This document shows, piece after piece, positions 29,541 to 38,749 of a stretch of DNA of 64,000 bases. The position numbers were made by a program, and so were the translations under genes. The stretch spans positions 29,268-93,267 of the forward strand of contig CAZHVM010000001.1 of the NCBI GenBank assembly GCA_964536135.1, in the 5' to 3' direction. How positions within the stretch are numbered: position 1 is the stretch's first letter; every line of letters starts with the position of its first letter. The notes under the pieces were generated by a model. It ran no database searches and was not told where the DNA came from. It was given only the letters and a program-made list of their open reading frames with translations. The DNA is from an uncultured Candidatus Saccharibacteria bacterium (GTDB taxonomy: Bacteria > Patescibacteriota > Dojkabacteria > SC72).

Positions 29541-29966
29541 ATGGCAAAAGAGATAAAAAAAATCATAAAGATAACTATACCTGCAGGTGGTGCAACAATG
29601 GCTCCTCCAATAGGACCAACATTGGCTCCTTACGGTATAAACGCACAGGATTTCTGTGCTCAATTTAATGAGAAAACAAGAGAGAATAACGGTATTCTTA
29701 CTCCAGTAATATTAACAATCTATGAGGACAGGACATTTGCATTTGAGCTTAAGACACCTCCTACATCAGAATTAATCAGAAGAGAATTAAAACTTAAGGC
29801 TGGTTCTGCAAAGCCAAATCTAGAGAAGGTGGGAAAACTTTCTAAAGAACAAATAATGAAGATTGTAGAGGTAAAAATGCCAGATTTGAATACATCAGAC
29901 CCAGAGCAAGCAGCAAAGATAATTACTGGTACTGCAAAACAAATGGGTGTAGAGGTAGAACTTTAA
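29541..29966 (+). CDS. rplK: 50S ribosomal protein uL11
   Basis: IPAGGATMAPPIGPTLAPYGIN signature; 141 aa. Confidence 0.9.
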   Translation: MAKEIKKIIKITIPAGGATMAPPIGPTLAPYGINAQDFCAQFNEKTRENNGILTPVILTIYEDRTFAFELKTPPTSELIRRELKLKAGSAKPNLEKVGKLSKEQIMKIVEVKMPDLNTSDPEQAAKIITGTAKQMGVEVEL

Positions 29967-29985
29967 TTATACATATATAACCGCC

Positions 29986-30675
29986 ATGAAAAGAGGAAAG
30001 AAATATACAAAAAGTGTAAAAGGTCTAGACAAGAGTATTGAATATACTTTAGTAGAGGGAATTAAAAAAGTTAAAGCACTCTCCTACACTAGCTTTACTG
30101 GTACACTAGAAATGCATGTAGATATTAAAATCCCAAAGGACAGAGATCCTAAATCCATAAAGGGTGCTGTTTCTCTTCCACATTCTTCTGTTAAAAAGGA
30201 AGTAAAAATCGCAGTATTCTGTACTCCAGATAAGGATGCTCTGGCTTCAAAGGCTGGTGCGGATATTGTTGGACTCGACAACCTAGTAAAAGATATTAAG
30301 TCTGGAAAGATAGAATTTGACGTAGCAATTGCTACTCCAGATGTAATGGCAAAGATTGCAATTTTAGGTAAAGAGCTTGGTCCTAAAGGATTAATGCCAA
30401 ATCCTAAGAATGGGACAGTTACAAATGACTTAGAAGGTGCAATTGGTGAATACAAGAAAGGTAAGCAGACATTCGCATGTGATGATTCCGGAGTTATACA
30501 TCTTAATGTAGGTAAACTAGATCTTGAGGATGAGAAATTGATAGAGAATATCCATACAGCAGTGCTAGCATTGGAAGAGATATTCGGGAAATCATATGAG
30601 CAGATTGCAGATAGGATGCATATGGCACCAACAATGGGAGCTAGTGTTAAGATATCTTATAGTAAGCCAGAATAA
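29986..30675 (+). CDS. rplA: 50S ribosomal protein uL1
   Basis: 229 aa, follows rplK; L1 motifs (GKKYTKSVKGLD, FDVAIATPDVMAKIAILGKELGPKGLMPNPK). Confidence 0.9.
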   Translation: MKRGKKYTKSVKGLDKSIEYTLVEGIKKVKALSYTSFTGTLEMHVDIKIPKDRDPKSIKGAVSLPHSSVKKEVKIAVFCTPDKDALASKAGADIVGLDNLVKDIKSGKIEFDVAIATPDVMAKIAILGKELGPKGLMPNPKNGTVTNDLEGAIGEYKKGKQTFACDDSGVIHLNVGKLDLEDEKLIENIHTAVLALEEIFGKSYEQIADRMHMAPTMGASVKISYSKPE

Positions 30676-30696
30676 CCTTATTACATTGTAATTAGA

Positions 30697-30723
30697 AAGA
30701 CCTCGCAAGAGGTCTTTTTTGTT
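30697..30723 (+). terminator. rho-independent terminator after rplA
   Basis: 8-bp GC-containing stem aagacctc/gaggtctt with gcaa loop followed by a T6-T9 run. Confidence 0.75.
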
Positions 30724-30794
30724 ATATATACTCTTTACATTATATACTCTATGGGATAGAATATATCTCGTTGCTCTTTAGGGATTAAAAAACA

Positions 30795-31169
30795 ATGAAG
30801 GGGTTAATAGAGATGAAATCACGGGAAGGAACACTCTTAAAGATAGAAGCAAGAACTTTGTTTGTTAAGGGAGATTATCAGGATCTACTTGTCGTACAGG
30901 ATGAGAATGATAAATTAATTCTCTATTTCGAGACTATTGGCCTTGAAATCCGGTGCGAAAGTAAGAGTAAAAATTTCTCCCGCTATGTAGTATATGAGAA
31001 AGGTGATCCAAGTTTCTCGTTCAATGGCAAACCCTTTGAGCTGGTCGGGTATGACACCTTGGGAAACAATTCTCTTGTCTTAAAGACTAGACTTCTGGAC
31101 TATAAGTTCGCCTTTAAGATTGATACAAAAAACAAGAGACTTCTAAGTGTCGACATACTAATCAGCTAA
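30795..31169 (+). CDS. hypothetical protein (124 aa), inserted between rplA and rplJ
   Basis: Uninterrupted ORF with native AT-rich codon usage; no SD, no recognisable motif; beta-rich composition. Confidence 0.4.
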   Translation: MKGLIEMKSREGTLLKIEARTLFVKGDYQDLLVVQDENDKLILYFETIGLEIRCESKSKNFSRYVVYEKGDPSFSFNGKPFELVGYDTLGNNSLVLKTRLLDYKFAFKIDTKNKRLLSVDILIS

Positions 31170-31401
31170 AAACAATCCACCCTAAAGAAAGACAGAGAGC
31201 GAGCTAATAGTAGCTTGATAGGTGACTTAAGGGCCCATCAGGCTTTTATTTTAATAAATCATCTATTAGCTCCTCTCAGCACCATCCCATTAACATATTT
31301 ACAAACTATCTCCTATAGTATAAAATGTCTAGGCAACAAGCTTACCCAGCTTATTGCTCTTAAAAAACAAACTGAAACACAATCCCTTAAGGAGGGAACA
31401 A

Positions 31402-31683
31402 ATGCTTCAAATCCCTGACCGTAATCACAATCGTAAGAAAAAACATATCGAGGATTGTTCAATTCCCCAGCATGTTAGAAAGCTCATGTCTGACAACGGA
31501 CTTACCTTCCCTGGAAATGGAAAAGTTTCTATCTTTCCCAGTGGGAAGAATTCGATTACAGTCACCATCGAAAATTTTGACGCAAAAGGGAAGTGCAAAA
31601 AGCCGTTTATTAAGGAGATAAATAAGAAATTAAACAAACCTGTCTACCTTAAATTTAAAGATGGCCATTGCACAAATTGTTAA
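31402..31683 (+). CDS. hypothetical small basic Cys-containing protein (93 aa)
   Basis: ATG preceded by AAGGAGG (5-6 nt spacer) and a TTTACA-17 nt-TAAAAT promoter-like element about 75 nt upstream. The track ORF starts earlier (31354) but the SD supports 31402. Five Cys including a C-terminal HCTNC. Confidence 0.5.
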   Translation: MLQIPDRNHNRKKKHIEDCSIPQHVRKLMSDNGLTFPGNGKVSIFPSGKNSITVTIENFDAKGKCKKPFIKEINKKLNKPVYLKFKDGHCTNC

Positions 31684-31801
31684 TTAGCCTTTGCATTGGG
31701 TAGCTTGTTGAAACAGGATGGTGGATCTAAGAGATTCTAAAGAAGCTGAGCTCTGCGCAGAGTTTCTTTTAATCGTTTTCTTAGGTCCACCTGCAATTCC
31801 C

Positions 31802-31830
31802 TTGACCATCCCCTATCCTCCTGATATAAT
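31802..31830 (+). promoter_or_regulatory. sigma70-type promoter (TTGACC-17 nt-TATAAT) for rplJ-rplL
   Basis: cttgacc atcccctatcctcctga tataat located about 85 nt upstream of rplJ; the 230-nt leader between it and the preceding ORF is structured (palindrome ctctgcgcagag). Confidence 0.6.
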
Positions 31831-31915
31831 CCACCTAGTATTAACCAAAGAAACAAGGTACAAAGATAAATCCTTGCGAGGTTAAAATATACATTCAATT
31901 AAAAAATATATAACT

Positions 31916-32437
31916 ATGTCTAAATCTCGTTCACAGAAGACAGAGCTACTTGAGAAATACAAAGAAGTACTTAAAAGTAAGGAAGGATATTTCTTAATTA
32001 ACTCCGACAAAGCAGACACACTAACAACAACCGGACTCAAAATTCAGTTAAAAGGTGTTGGAGCAAACCTAGCAATTGTTAAAAACAGTATATTTAAGGT
32101 AGCTCTTCAAGAAACAGAACAACCTTTAAATACACAAAACTTTGATGGACCTACAGCAATCATATACTTCGATGAAGATCCTACAGCTCCTGCAAAATTA
32201 ATAAAAGAGATACAGAAGAAAACACAACTTTTCGATGCAAGAGGTGGAGTATATGAAGGAGAATTCTTAACAGCAGAGAAAGTAATGCAGTTAGCTGAAA
32301 TACCTTCTAGAGAAGTATTACTTGGTAAATTACTTGGAACTATGTCAGCACCAGTATCTGGATTTATGAATGCGCTAACAGGAAATGTAAGAGGATTAAC
32401 TATGGTTCTAAAGGGCATCTCTGAAAAGAGTGCTTAA
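31916..32437 (+). CDS. rplJ: 50S ribosomal protein uL10
   Basis: 173 aa, immediately upstream of rplL; L10 N-terminal region (KTELLEKYKEVLKSKEGYFLINSDKADTLTTTGL). Confidence 0.85.
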   Translation: MSKSRSQKTELLEKYKEVLKSKEGYFLINSDKADTLTTTGLKIQLKGVGANLAIVKNSIFKVALQETEQPLNTQNFDGPTAIIYFDEDPTAPAKLIKEIQKKTQLFDARGGVYEGEFLTAEKVMQLAEIPSREVLLGKLLGTMSAPVSGFMNALTGNVRGLTMVLKGISEKSA

Positions 32438-32476
32438 CCGAACATTATTTAGTATTTAATTTAAACATATATAACC

Positions 32477-32881
32477 ATGGCAGACGAAAATACAAAGCTT
32501 CCAGAGCTATCTGAGAACTCTAAGAAAGTACTAGCGATAGTAGAGAAGATGACTGTATTGGAACTTGCAGACCTTGTAAAGGTTATGGAGGATAAATTTG
32601 GAGTAAGCGCAGCAGCTCCTGTTGCAGTAGCAGCAGCTCCAGTTGAAGCAGCAGCTCCAGAAGAAGAGAAAACAATCTTCAACATCGTCCTTAAAGAAGC
32701 AGGTGCAAACAAGATTGGAGTTATCAAGGTAGTAAGAGAGATAACTGAGCTTGGATTAAAAGAAGCTAAAGATCTTGTAGATACAGCTCCTCAGACAGTA
32801 AAAGAGGGAGTTAAAAAAGAGGATGCAGAAGCATACAAGGCTAAATTCGAAGAAGCAGGTGCTACAGTAGAATTAGCATAA
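32477..32881 (+). CDS. rplL: 50S ribosomal protein bL12 (L7/L12)
   Basis: N-terminal dimerisation helix, Ala/Pro/Glu-rich hinge ([20 protein letters not shown]), conserved C-terminal domain ([27 protein letters not shown]). Confidence 0.95.
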   Translation: MADENTKLPELSENSKKVLAIVEKMTVLELADLVKVMEDKFGVSAAAPVAVAAAPVEAAAPEEEKTIFNIVLKEAGANKIGVIKVVREITELGLKEAKDLVDTAPQTVKEGVKKEDAEAYKAKFEEAGATVELA

Positions 32882-32906
32882 CTATATATTTAAGAATATA
32901 TAACAG

Positions 32907-32933
32907 AGGAGCCACGAAAGTGGCTCTTTTTGT
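32907..32933 (+). terminator. rho-independent terminator after rplL
   Basis: Stem ggagccac/gtggctct with gaaa tetraloop followed by TTTTTGTT. Confidence 0.75.
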
Positions 32934-33019
32934 TATCATTAATTCCCATCGACAAAGCAATATCCAAAGAAGTATAATTATACTGAATCTGCCAATATAT
33001 TAATTTATCAATATATCTA

Positions 33020-33688
33020 ATGGACTACACACCTTTTACTAAATGGGTATTGGACAATGGACTTTCGGAAAGAACATTGGAACTACTCGTAGGAATAGCA
33101 ATAGTTGCTACAATTGTAAGTCTAGCAAGATACCTTTTTGGATCTAAATCATTTGGAATATACGCGCCAGTAATTCTGGCTGTAGCATTTACATATACTG
33201 GACTTAGATACGGGCTAATCATTACTGCCGTTGTTATTGCATCATCCCTACTCTCTCACCTCATACTAAGTAAAATTAGAATGCATTATATATCTAGAAT
33301 TGCAATTAATTACTGCATTATAATAATGTCACTACTCGTTTTCTTCGTAGTAGTAAAAAAATATAACTTAGGGCTACCAAACATGTCTTTAATACAACCG
33401 CTAGCAATAATTTCCATAATTGGACTCTCCGATTTCTTTGTTAAACAACAAATTAAAAAAGGCTTAAAAAACTCCATCCTCGTACTCGCAAGCACACTCA
33501 TCATAGCCTCTTTGGGTTGGTTCATCATAACAAGGGAAACTATTTCAGCCTTCATGATTAACAACCTCTGGATAATCCCTGCCTTAATTGTCGTTAATAT
33601 ATTAATCGGACAATTTTCTGGCCTTAGATTTAAAGACCTTTTGAGATTTAGAACCATTATCCAAGATAAAGAAAATGTTAAAAAGTAA
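33020..33688 (+). CDS. polytopic membrane protein (6-7 TM), first gene of the ATP-grasp cluster
   Basis: 222 aa, almost entirely hydrophobic helices; stop overlaps the start of the downstream RimK-related ligase by 14 nt (translational coupling). Could correspond to the 7TM partner described for RimK-related ligase systems, but this is not verifiable here. Confidence 0.55.
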   Translation: MDYTPFTKWVLDNGLSERTLELLVGIAIVATIVSLARYLFGSKSFGIYAPVILAVAFTYTGLRYGLIITAVVIASSLLSHLILSKIRMHYISRIAINYCIIIMSLLVFFVVVKKYNLGLPNMSLIQPLAIISIIGLSDFFVKQQIKKGLKNSILVLASTLIIASLGWFIITRETISAFMINNLWIIPALIVVNILIGQFSGLRFKDLLRFRTIIQDKENVKK

Positions 33689-35135
33689 GAAGATAAAAGA
33701 AATATTGGGATTAAATAGACGAAACCAAGAATATGTTCGTCCCTTAAATTCCCCCTCATCCAAAAGGATTGCAGACAACAAAATCCTTACAAAGAAAGTC
33801 CTCGCAAGGGAAAATATTAATACTCCTGAAGTTTACAAACTAATTAGAACGAAAAAACAGCTCCAATTCCTAGACTTTGAATCCTTACCAAACAGTTTTG
33901 TCATAAAACCAAACCAAGGGACAGGTGGTAACGGTATCGTAGTACTCTACGGTAAGAAAAAAGGTCAAACAGCCTGGATTAGACCAAGCGGAGAGATAAT
34001 GACCGCAAGGGACATTACAGTACACATAGAGAATATAATCGAAGGAAGATACTCCATGGGCTCTAGAAAAGATATCGCAATCATAGAGGAAAGAGTCAAA
34101 ACGGATCCATTTCTCAAACAATATTCCTACAAAGGAGTCCCAGATATCAGGATAATTGGATACAACCAAGTTCCAATAATGGCAATGATGAGACTTCCAA
34201 CAAAGAAATCAAACGGTACAGCAAACCTACATTCAGGAGCAATATGTACTGGTATAGATATCAGCTCTGGTATAACAACCTACTCTATGCACATGCAAGA
34301 AAAAAGTCTCGTAAGTGACTCGTATGAAATGATAGATTCTACACTAGATTTGAAAGAAAACAGGAAACTCTCAGGGATCCAAATTCCTTACTGGGAGGAG
34401 ATATTGGAGATAGCTGTTAAATGCCAAAAAGCTAGCAAATTAGGATACATAGGAGTAGATATAGCCCTAGATGCAGAGAAAGGGCCCGTTGTTTTTGAAC
34501 TAAATGCTAGACCAGGCCTTGGTATACAGGTAGCAAACCAAGCAGGATTAAGATGGAGACTTGAGAAAGTTAAAGGTATTGAAATTAAAAGTATGAAGCA
34601 CGGTATAAGAGTAGCAAAAAATCTCTTCGGAGGAGAAGTTGAAGAAAGTATTGAAGCTATTAGTGGAAGAAAAGTTGTAAATATTAACGAAAAAATCTTT
34701 CTCTACTATAAGACACCTGTCTCTAAGAAGAAGAATGACCCTCAAAATCGTGAAGCTATAAGAGTATTTGTAGATACAGGCCTAATAACATCCCGTATAA
34801 ACAAAACTCTCGCTTCTAGGATAGGCTTTTTCGAAGCAATTAAATATTTCTACTCCCTCTCTATCCCCAAAAAGTTTGAAAGCTTCAAAGAGGCTCAAGA
34901 ATATATAGATTCTAACCAATCCACCATTATAGGACACCCAGATATCCTAAGAGTCGCCAAAATCGTAGAAGAGGGTGCCATAAAGACAAGACCAGTCATA
35001 TGTGTACATACAAAAATAGCCAGTGAGGAGAAAGAAATAGAGATGGTGGTAACAGAAGATACCACATATAATGTAGTAATAGGAAGAAATGAACTTAAAG
35101 GATACTTAATAGATACATCTAAAACATTTAAATAG
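33675..35135 (+). CDS. RimK-related alpha-L-glutamate-ligase-like ATP-grasp protein with about 150-aa C-terminal extension
   Basis: N-terminal GLNRRNQEYVRPLN...DNKILTKKVLARENINTPEVY region resembles the RimK-related (alpha-L-glutamate ligase-like) family. Central ATP-grasp features (FVIKPNQGTGGNGIVV, DIRIIGYNQVPIMAMMR, GVDIALDAEKGPVVFELNARPG). Confidence 0.65.
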   Translation: MLKSKKIKEILGLNRRNQEYVRPLNSPSSKRIADNKILTKKVLARENINTPEVYKLIRTKKQLQFLDFESLPNSFVIKPNQGTGGNGIVVLYGKKKGQTAWIRPSGEIMTARDITVHIENIIEGRYSMGSRKDIAIIEERVKTDPFLKQYSYKGVPDIRIIGYNQVPIMAMMRLPTKKSNGTANLHSGAICTGIDISSGITTYSMHMQEKSLVSDSYEMIDSTLDLKENRKLSGIQIPYWEEILEIAVKCQKASKLGYIGVDIALDAEKGPVVFELNARPGLGIQVANQAGLRWRLEKVKGIEIKSMKHGIRVAKNLFGGEVEESIEAISGRKVVNINEKIFLYYKTPVSKKKNDPQNREAIRVFVDTGLITSRINKTLASRIGFFEAIKYFYSLSIPKKFESFKEAQEYIDSNQSTIIGHPDILRVAKIVEEGAIKTRPVICVHTKIASEEKEIEMVVTEDTTYNVVIGRNELKGYLIDTSKTFK

Positions 35136-35136
35136 T

Positions 35137-36129
35137 ATGACAAAATATGAAGAATATTTAAAAGAAGCAGGAAATGTACATTTGGCTTACTACCTTGAAG
35201 CTGCAGATGAGCTTGGTATTGAGTACGAGATTGTTGTACGTAGCCTACTCGCTAGATTTACATACCAAGATAAACACTGGTTCATAATCAATACAGTAAC
35301 TCCGCTTACCCCATCCCCAGGAACTACCATTGCAAAAAGAAAATATCTTACAAATCTGGTGCTTAGCAGAGCAGATATAGATGTACCTAGACAACAAGCA
35401 CTTGGAAGTGCCATAGATGCAATCAAATTCTTTAACAAATACAAGAATGTTGTCATTAAACCATCTCAACAGTTAGGTGGTATTGGTGTCACCATGCTCC
35501 CAGAGACTGAAGAGCAGGTTATCGAGGCATACGAAGGTGCATTACAAAAAAGTAATGCAAAAGGAGCAGTAAAAGTACTAGGTGAAGAGTTCATAAAAGG
35601 AGAAAATTACAGATTCCTAGTAGTTGGAGATCAAGTGGTAGGAATAGTATGGAGAAAGGCACCAATAGTTATTGGTGATAGTAAAAACACTATAAGGGAA
35701 CTGATTGATATTAAGAATAAAGAGCGAAGAATGCTCGTATTAAAGCCTATTCCCATCGACACAGAAGTTGAGATAAGACTTCGAAACCAGGATCTTACAT
35801 TGGACTCAATTCCAGAAGAAGGCAAAGAGGTTGTTCTTAGATACAACTGTAACCTAACCACTGGTGGAACTACAGAAGAATGCTCTTCCATAGTTGACCC
35901 ATACTACAAACAACTTGCAGTTTCCGCCGTCAAAGAACTTGGCCTTGAATTTGGGGGTGTAGATATCATTGCACAGGACATTACAAAACAAGATAAGTGT
36001 GGAATTAACGAAATAAACTACAATCCGGGCCTTAGATTACATTACAAGGTAAACAAAGGGCAAATTGTAAGAGTAGCGATTCCAATAATGGAGTATATTA
36101 GAGATAAATATATAAATTCAATCAAATAA
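35137..36129 (+). CDS. cyanophycin-synthetase-like ATP-grasp (G-domain only) amide ligase
   Basis: Strong resemblance to the CphA ATP-grasp module: VVIKPSQQLGGIGVTM, ENYRFLVVGDQVVGIVWRKAPIVIGDSKNTIRELIDIKNKERR, TTGGTTEE, GGVDIIAQDITK, EINYNPGLRLH. No N-domain and no Mur-ligase (M) domain. Confidence 0.7.
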   Translation: MTKYEEYLKEAGNVHLAYYLEAADELGIEYEIVVRSLLARFTYQDKHWFIINTVTPLTPSPGTTIAKRKYLTNLVLSRADIDVPRQQALGSAIDAIKFFNKYKNVVIKPSQQLGGIGVTMLPETEEQVIEAYEGALQKSNAKGAVKVLGEEFIKGENYRFLVVGDQVVGIVWRKAPIVIGDSKNTIRELIDIKNKERRMLVLKPIPIDTEVEIRLRNQDLTLDSIPEEGKEVVLRYNCNLTTGGTTEECSSIVDPYYKQLAVSAVKELGLEFGGVDIIAQDITKQDKCGINEINYNPGLRLHYKVNKGQIVRVAIPIMEYIRDKYINSIK

Positions 36130-36131
36130 AT

Positions 36132-37802
36132 ATGGTCAAAGTAATACAAGGATTAAATCTAGAGAACAAAACTTCCATTATCGAGATTAATACAATTAAG
36201 ACAGATAATTTAGAGAAAATTCTCCGATTAATACACTCCTTTCATCCAATATTCTTCGAAGAATATAAATATGAAGAAAATACACTCAAGATATACTCTA
36301 ATCTGCCCTTCCTTTGGGAAGAGCTAGGTAAAGTACTGGAGCAGGATTTAATATATGACAAAGCATTAGAACAATGCCTAGAGATTATTAGAATTCGAGT
36401 TTCCTCAATGTCCACCATACCCCTACTCTTTGCAGCACATAAACTTGGCTATGAAACAACCCCAACAATGGCTGGGAAAGAACCTTTGTCTTACACACCC
36501 TCTTTTAACCGTCACTACACAATAGGATGTGGAAAAGGCTCAGAAATAATCTACTCCATCTCCTCTTCCAAAGATTCTAAGATTGCGAAAGAGATTCAAA
36601 GAGACAAATGGTCAAGCAACCTTGTTATAGAGAAATTAGGCTTGCCTCTTCCAGCATGGGAAATTATAGATTCGTTCACAGAGATAGAAGAAATTTGGAG
36701 ACATTTTAACAAACCAGTAGTTATCAAACCAACTGGTCTAACAGGAGGAAGCGGTGTTTCAGTAGGAATTAAAACAATCGAAGAGGCAAAAGAAGCGTAT
36801 AAATATGCAAAGGAAATGGTAGATGCTAAACTTAGAAAAGATTGGCAAACCAAGGTAATGATACAGGAACAAGTAAGCGGAGAAGATTACAGGATCCTTG
36901 TTATAGATGGCCATTTAGAAGTAGTGACGAAGAGAATACCTGCATTTGTAATTGGAAACGGTAAAGATACAATAACAAGACTCATAGAAAACACAAACAA
37001 AGATCCAAGAAGGGATACAACAAGCCCAGCACATACATTAAAACCAATTGAAATAGATCAACCCTTAAAAGCATATCTTAAAGAACAAAACCTTGAACTA
37101 GATTCCATCCCAGACAAAGACCAAAAAGTACCAGTTAGAAAGGTTGCAAGCATGAGCCAAGGCGGTATAACTGAAGACTTTACAGATAAAGTTGCCCCTG
37201 AAATTAAAAGCATCGTAGAAAGCATAGCTACCTCTATCCATGCCTTTGCACTAGGTGTAGATGTAATGTGTAAAGATATCTCCAAGCCTTTAACAAAAGA
37301 CAATGGAGCCATACTTGAGATTAATACCATGCCAGAGGCATACCTTAACCTCTTCCCAGTCATAGGCACAGATCGAGGATATGTTGCAGATACATATATT
37401 AAAAAGCTTCTTACAAACAACAAAACAAAGAAGATTGTAGTAATAGGAAATCCTCAGTATGACATCCCTACAACATTGAAACAGAAGAAACTCTTGTCTT
37501 CCTATTTACGAAATGAAAATACCGTAGGAGAATACAAAGATGGAGAAATAAGAATAAACTCCTTAACATTAAACAAAGATTTAACAAAAAGACAGGGTGT
37601 AGAAGCACTTAAACTTAACGCTTCTCTAGATGCAATTATAATTCACCACAGAAATTGGGAAGAAGTAATAAAAGATGGTTTAGGATTAAACAAAATAGAC
37701 CTACTCATGATTGAATCTTCCCTGAAGGAGAACACAGAGTATATGAAAATAATAAAAAGATACAAACGAAAAGGATTAATATCTAAAATTAAAACATTCT
37801 AG
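36132..37802 (+). CDS. cyanophycin-synthetase-like protein: CphA N-domain + ATP-grasp G-domain, Mur-ligase M-domain degenerate/truncated
   Basis: ATP-grasp block aligns closely with CphA (VVIKPTGLTGGSGVSVG, EDYRILVIDGHLEVVTKRIPAFVIGNGKDTITRLIENTNKDPRRD, VDVMCKDISKPL). Where CphA has the M-domain P-loop GTNGKTT this protein has IVVIGNPQYDIPTT and ends about 130 aa later. Confidence 0.7.
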   Translation: MVKVIQGLNLENKTSIIEINTIKTDNLEKILRLIHSFHPIFFEEYKYEENTLKIYSNLPFLWEELGKVLEQDLIYDKALEQCLEIIRIRVSSMSTIPLLFAAHKLGYETTPTMAGKEPLSYTPSFNRHYTIGCGKGSEIIYSISSSKDSKIAKEIQRDKWSSNLVIEKLGLPLPAWEIIDSFTEIEEIWRHFNKPVVIKPTGLTGGSGVSVGIKTIEEAKEAYKYAKEMVDAKLRKDWQTKVMIQEQVSGEDYRILVIDGHLEVVTKRIPAFVIGNGKDTITRLIENTNKDPRRDTTSPAHTLKPIEIDQPLKAYLKEQNLELDSIPDKDQKVPVRKVASMSQGGITEDFTDKVAPEIKSIVESIATSIHAFALGVDVMCKDISKPLTKDNGAILEINTMPEAYLNLFPVIGTDRGYVADTYIKKLLTNNKTKKIVVIGNPQYDIPTTLKQKKLLSSYLRNENTVGEYKDGEIRINSLTLNKDLTKRQGVEALKLNASLDAIIIHHRNWEEVIKDGLGLNKIDLLMIESSLKENTEYMKIIKRYKRKGLISKIKTF

Positions 37803-37804
37803 CA

Positions 37805-38749
37805 ATGAAATATCTAGTAATCGACAAAAGACAGAGAGTGAAAGAAATGGAAATACCTACCGCTTCTTCTAGGATATTGGAGGAGTTAAAAAAGAAAGAT
37901 ATACCAGCAGATTTCGTTTACAACGATGAGATAGAGATGCTTTTCATGGCAGGTTCCACGCAGATTAAAGCAAAGGGAATAGACGTAAAGGAGTACACGC
38001 ACATCATTTTTAGAGGTCATGCACTTCACAACGATAGGGAGTATGCACTAAAAAGATACATCATAGACTACATTGAGCAATATAATAGTGACAACCCAGA
38101 AAAAAAAGTGCTCATACAAAATTCCAAAGCAATTAAGAAATTGCCATATTATAATAAGGTAGCCATTTCTTTACTTTGTTCACAATATAACCTCCCCTAC
38201 TTTCAGACATATTACAGAACAGATGGTAAATATCTAGAGCCTAGAGATATGCTAAAAGAATATCCTTTAATAATCAAAGAGTATGCTGGAATCAATAGAG
38301 TCGAGATAATAGATGGAGAGGAGAAGATTAAAAAAAATGTTTACAAATTAGAAAAAGATGAAGATTTTAAACAAGAGGGATTAAAGGAGCAAGATTTAAG
38401 TAGCTTCTTCTTACAAGAATTTTCCAATACCGCAGAGGATTACAGAATATTTGTTAAATTAGGTAGGGTTGTTGGTGGATGGAAAAGGACTGCATCTAAG
38501 GGGTTTATGACAGTAAATAAGGGAATCTATGAAATGTATAATAATCCCGATAAAGAAATCACAGCTATTGCAGAAAAGATGGCTTCTGTATTAGAGGCCG
38601 ATTTTATAGCTGTAGATTTTATGTATATGAATGGAAAGCCTTGTATACAGGAAATAAGCTTACATCCAGGATTTAAAGCTTATGAGACTAAGATAGAAGG
38701 AGAACCTGTTAACATAGCAGAAGCTATAATAACTGCATTTTCAGATTAG
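37805..38749 (+). CDS. RimK-like ATP-grasp ligase (fourth ATP-grasp gene of the cluster)
   Basis: C-terminal half shows the RimK-type pattern DYRIFVKLGRVVGGWKRTASKGFMTVNKG...ADFIAVDFMYMNGKPCIQEISLHPGFKAYE; 314 aa. Confidence 0.6.
   Translation: MKYLVIDKRQRVKEMEIPTASSRILEELKKKDIPADFVYNDEIEMLFMAGSTQIKAKGIDVKEYTHIIFRGHALHNDREYALKRYIIDYIEQYNSDNPEKKVLIQNSKAIKKLPYYNKVAISLLCSQYNLPYFQTYYRTDGKYLEPRDMLKEYPLIIKEYAGINRVEIIDGEEKIKKNVYKLEKDEDFKQEGLKEQDLSSFFLQEFSNTAEDYRIFVKLGRVVGGWKRTASKGFMTVNKGIYEMYNNPDKEITAIAEKMASVLEADFIAVDFMYMNGKPCIQEISLHPGFKAYETKIEGEPVNIAEAIITAFSD

Noticed and set aside
31215-31418. 67-aa ORF upstream of the 31402 small gene
   Set aside because: Overlaps the promoter-like element and SD of the downstream ORF and lacks any RBS; likely non-coding leader.
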